Shown piece after piece: positions 60,501 through 64,000 of a stretch of 64,000 bases of DNA. Within the stretch, counting starts at the first letter, position 1; every line of letters begins with the position of its first letter. The notes under the pieces are model-generated. The model did not search any database. It was not told the origin of the DNA and saw nothing but the letters and a program-made list of their open reading frames with translations. This DNA comes from Eledone cirrhosa (Eukaryota), in the NCBI GenBank assembly GCA_964016885.1, contig CAXHJY010001640.1:1-64000 (forward strand), in the 5' to 3' direction. The position numbers and the translations under genes are program-made.

Positions 60501-63486
60501 TGTGTATTATATATGTGTGTGTGTTTGGGTGTGTATCTGTCGTGTCCACGTGTGTGTGTATTATATGTGTGTGTGTATGGATGTGTATCTGTCGTGTCTA
60601 TGTGTGTGTGTATTATATATGTGTGTGTGTATGGGTGTGTATCTGTCGTGTCCACGTGTGTGTGTATTATATGTGTGAGTGTGTGTATGGGTGTGTATCT
60701 GTCGTGTCTACGTGTGTGTGTATTATATGTGTGTGTGTGTATGGATGTGTACCTGTCGTGTCTATGTGTGTGTGTATTATATGTGTGTGTGTATGGATGT
60801 GTATCTGCCGTGTCTACGTGTGTGTGTATTATGTGTGTGTATGTGTGTATGGGTGTGTATATGTCGTGTCTACGTGTGTGTGTATTATGTGTGTGTGTGT
60901 GTATGGGTGTGTATATGTCGTGTCTACGTGTGTGTGTATTATATGTGTGTTTGTGTATGGGTGTGTATCTGTCGTGTCTACGTGTGTGTGTATTATATGT
61001 GTGTGTGTATGGATGTGTATCTGTCGTGTCTACGTGTGTGTGTATTATATGTGTGTGTGTATGGATGTGTATCTGTCGTGTCTACGTGTGTGTGTATTAT
61101 ATGTGTGTGTGTGTATGGATGTGTATCTGTCGTGTCTACGTGTGTGTGTATTATATGTGTGTGTGTATGGATGTGTATCTGTCGTGTCTACGTGTGTGTG
61201 TATTATATGTGTGTGTGTGTATGGATGTATATCTGTCGTGTCTACGTGTGTGTGTATTATATGTGTGTGTGTGTATGGATGTGTATCTGTCGTGTCTACG
61301 TGTGTGTATGTATGGGTGTGTATCTGCCGTGTCTACGTGTGTGTGTATTATGTGTGTGTGTGTGTGTGTGTATAGGTGTGTATATGTCGTGTCTACGTGT
61401 GTGTGTATTATATGTGTGTGTGTGTATGGATGTGTATCTGTCGTGTCTACGTGTGTGTGTATTATATGTGTGTGTGTATGGATGTGTATCTGTCGTGTCT
61501 ACGTGTGTGTGTATTATATGTGTGTGTGTGTATGGATGTGTATATGTCGTGTCTACGTGTGTGTGTATTATATGTGTGTGTGTGTATGGGTGTGTATCTG
61601 TCGTGTCTACGTGTGTGTGTATTATATGAGTGTGTGTGTATGGGTGTGTATCTGTCGTGTCTACGTGTGTGTGTATTATATGTGTGTGTGTGTATGGATG
61701 TGTATCTGTCGTGTCTACGTGTGTGTGTATTATATATGTGTGTGTGTGTGTATGGATGTGTATCTGTCGTGTCTACGTGTGTGTGTATTGTATGTGTGTG
61801 TGTGTATGGATGTGTATCTGTCGTGTCTACGTTTGTGTGTATTATATGAGTGTGTGTGTATGGGTGTGTATCTGTCGTGTCTACGTGTGTGTGTATTATA
61901 TGTGTCTGTGTGTATAGATGTGTATCTGTCGTGTCTACGTGTGTGCGTATTATATGTGTGTGTGTGTATGGGTGTGTATCTGTCGTGTCTACGTGTGTGT
62001 GTATTATATGTGTGTGTGTGTGTGTATGGATGTGTATCTGTCGTGTCTACATGTGTGTGTATTATATGTCTGTGTGTGTATGGATGTGTATCTGTCGTGT
62101 CTACGTGTGTGTGTATTATATGAGTGTGTGTGTATGGATGTGTATCTGTCGTGTCTACGTGTGTGTGTATTATATATGTGTGTGTGTGTGTATGGATGTG
62201 TATCTGTCGTGTCTACGTGTGTGTGTATTATATGAGTGTGTGTGTATGGGTGTGTATCTGTCGTGTCTACGTGTGTGTGTATTATATGTCTGTGTGTGTA
62301 TGGATGTGTATCTGTCGTGTCTACGTGTGTGTGTATTATATGAGTGTGTGTATGGATGTGTATATGTCGTGTCTACGTGTGTGTGTATTATATGTGTGTG
62401 TGTGTATGGGTGCGTATCTGTCGTGTCTACGTGTGTGTGTATTATATGAGTGTGTGTGTATGGATGTGTATCTGTCGTGTCTACGTGTGTGTGTATTATA
62501 TGTGTGTGTGTGTGTATGGATGTGTACCTGTCGTGTCTACGTGTGTGTGTATTATATGTTTGTGTGTGTATGGATGTGTATCTGTCGTGTCTACGTGTGT
62601 GTGTATTATATGTGTGTGTGTGTGTGTATGGGTGTGCATCTGTCGTGTCTACGTGTGTGTGTATTATATGAGTGTGTGTGTATGGATGTGTATCTGTCGT
62701 GTCTACGTGTGTGTGTATTATATGTCTGTGTGTGTATGGGTGTGTATCTGTCGTGTCTACGTGTGTGTGTATTATATGTCTGTGTGTGTATGGATGTGTA
62801 TTTGTCGTGTCTACGTGTGTGTGTACTATATGAGTGTGTGTGTGTATGGGTGTGTATCTGTCGTGTCTACGTGTGTGTGTATTATATGTGTGTGTGTGTG
62901 TATGGATGTGTATCTGTCGTGTCTACATGTGTGTGTATTATATGAGTGTGTGTGTGTATGGGTGTGTATCTGTCGTGTCTACGTGTGTGTGTATTATATG
63001 TGTGTGTGTGTGTATGGATGTGTATCTGTCGTGTCTACGTGTGTGTGTATTATATGTGTGTGAGTATATGGATGTGTATCTGTCGTGTCTACGTGTGTGT
63101 GTATTATGTGTGTGTGTGTGTATGGATGTGTATCTGTCGTGTGTACGTGTGTGTGTATTATATGAGTGTGTGTGTGTATGGGTGTGTATCTGTCGTGTCT
63201 ACGTGTGTGTGTACTATATGTGTGTGTGTGTGTATGGATGTGTATCTGTCGTGTCTACATGTGTGTGTATTATATGTGTGTGAGTATATGGATGTGTATC
63301 TGTCGTGTCTACGTGTGTGTGTATTATGTGTGTGTGTGTGTGTATGGATGTGTATCTGTCGTGTCTATGTGTGTGTGTATTATATGTGTGTGTGTGTGTA
63401 TGGATGTGTATCTGTCTTATCTACGTGTGTGTGTGTATTATATGTGTGTGTATGGATGGGTATCTGTCGTGTCTACGTGTGTGTGT
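51501..63486. repeat. ~12 kb satellite, 52-54 bp unit (~220 copies)
   Basis: Unit atggatgtgtatctgtcgtgtctacgtgtgtgtgtattatatgtgtgtgtgt with variable (GT)n. Confidence 0.98.
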
Positions 63487-63770
63487 ATCGCTGAAATCCA
63501 CGGAGATCCATCAAAAGACGAAGTATGGATGAAATCATGCAGCGACCCCTATGAGCAGGTTGTTCAGTTGATCGAATAACAGGAACAGTCATCGCTGAAA
63601 CCGACGGAGTTCCATCGAAAGATCCATTGAAAGACGAAGTATGGATGAAATCATGCAGCGACCTCTATGAGCAGGCTATTCAGTTGATCTAATAACGGGA
63701 ACGCTCATTGTTGAAACTGACGGAGATCCATCGAAAGACGAAGTATGAATGAATACATGCAGCGACCCCT
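63487..63770 (+). repeat. ~100-120 bp tandem repeat of the SINE tail, ~3 copies
   Basis: cggagatccatc.aaagacgaagtatggatgaaatcatgcagcgacc..tatgagcagg repeated. Confidence 0.88.
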
Positions 63771-64000
63771 TGCATCCATTGCTATGTGCCATCAACGATG
63801 TCTTATTACTCACAGAGTATCGTTTACTCCACAGTCTATATAACATCGTAAATCATTCTTGTCTAAAATTTAATCAAGTCATTCCATATACACACGTAGA
63901 TTATGTATCAATAGGATATCCAACGATTTGATATTATTGTGAAGATGGGTTTCTGTTATATTCGGTGTCGGTGGTAAGATGGTAGTGATAGGTAAGTGTG

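Noticed and set aside
51501-63486. CRISPR-like repeat/spacer periodicity
   Set aside because: The intervening sequence is (GT)n length variation, not unique spacers; the context is eukaryotic and there are no cas genes.
51501-63579. Long Cys/Val-rich ORFs resembling metallothionein or keratin-associated proteins
   Set aside because: Satellite artefacts, open in all three frames with no codon-level constraint.

Overview
Repeat-saturated animal genomic DNA, not prokaryotic. It is probably a coleoid cephalopod/octopus, inferred from the tRNA-derived SINE families and extreme (TA)n/(GT)n content. Almost all long ORFs in the supplied track are microsatellite artefacts. The only host coding sequence I can support is two consecutive, phase-compatible exons of a GH18 chitinase on + (39942-40104, 44902-44995; intact FDGLDMDWE motif). 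The rest is decayed CR1/L2-type and RTE LINEs, at least four Penelope-like (GIY-YIG) retroelements, SINEs, MITEs, a ~7 kb (TA)n array and a ~12 kb 52-54 bp satellite. The main signal is RNA structure. About ten hammerhead-ribozyme motifs from several families occur here. A ~560 bp non-coding element is present twice in two different circular permutations (20305-20866, 27186-27769). It carries a pseudoknotted RNA with compensatory changes between copies, in which the three hammerhead core strands appear in non-circularly permuted order. All coordinates and alignments were read by eye.
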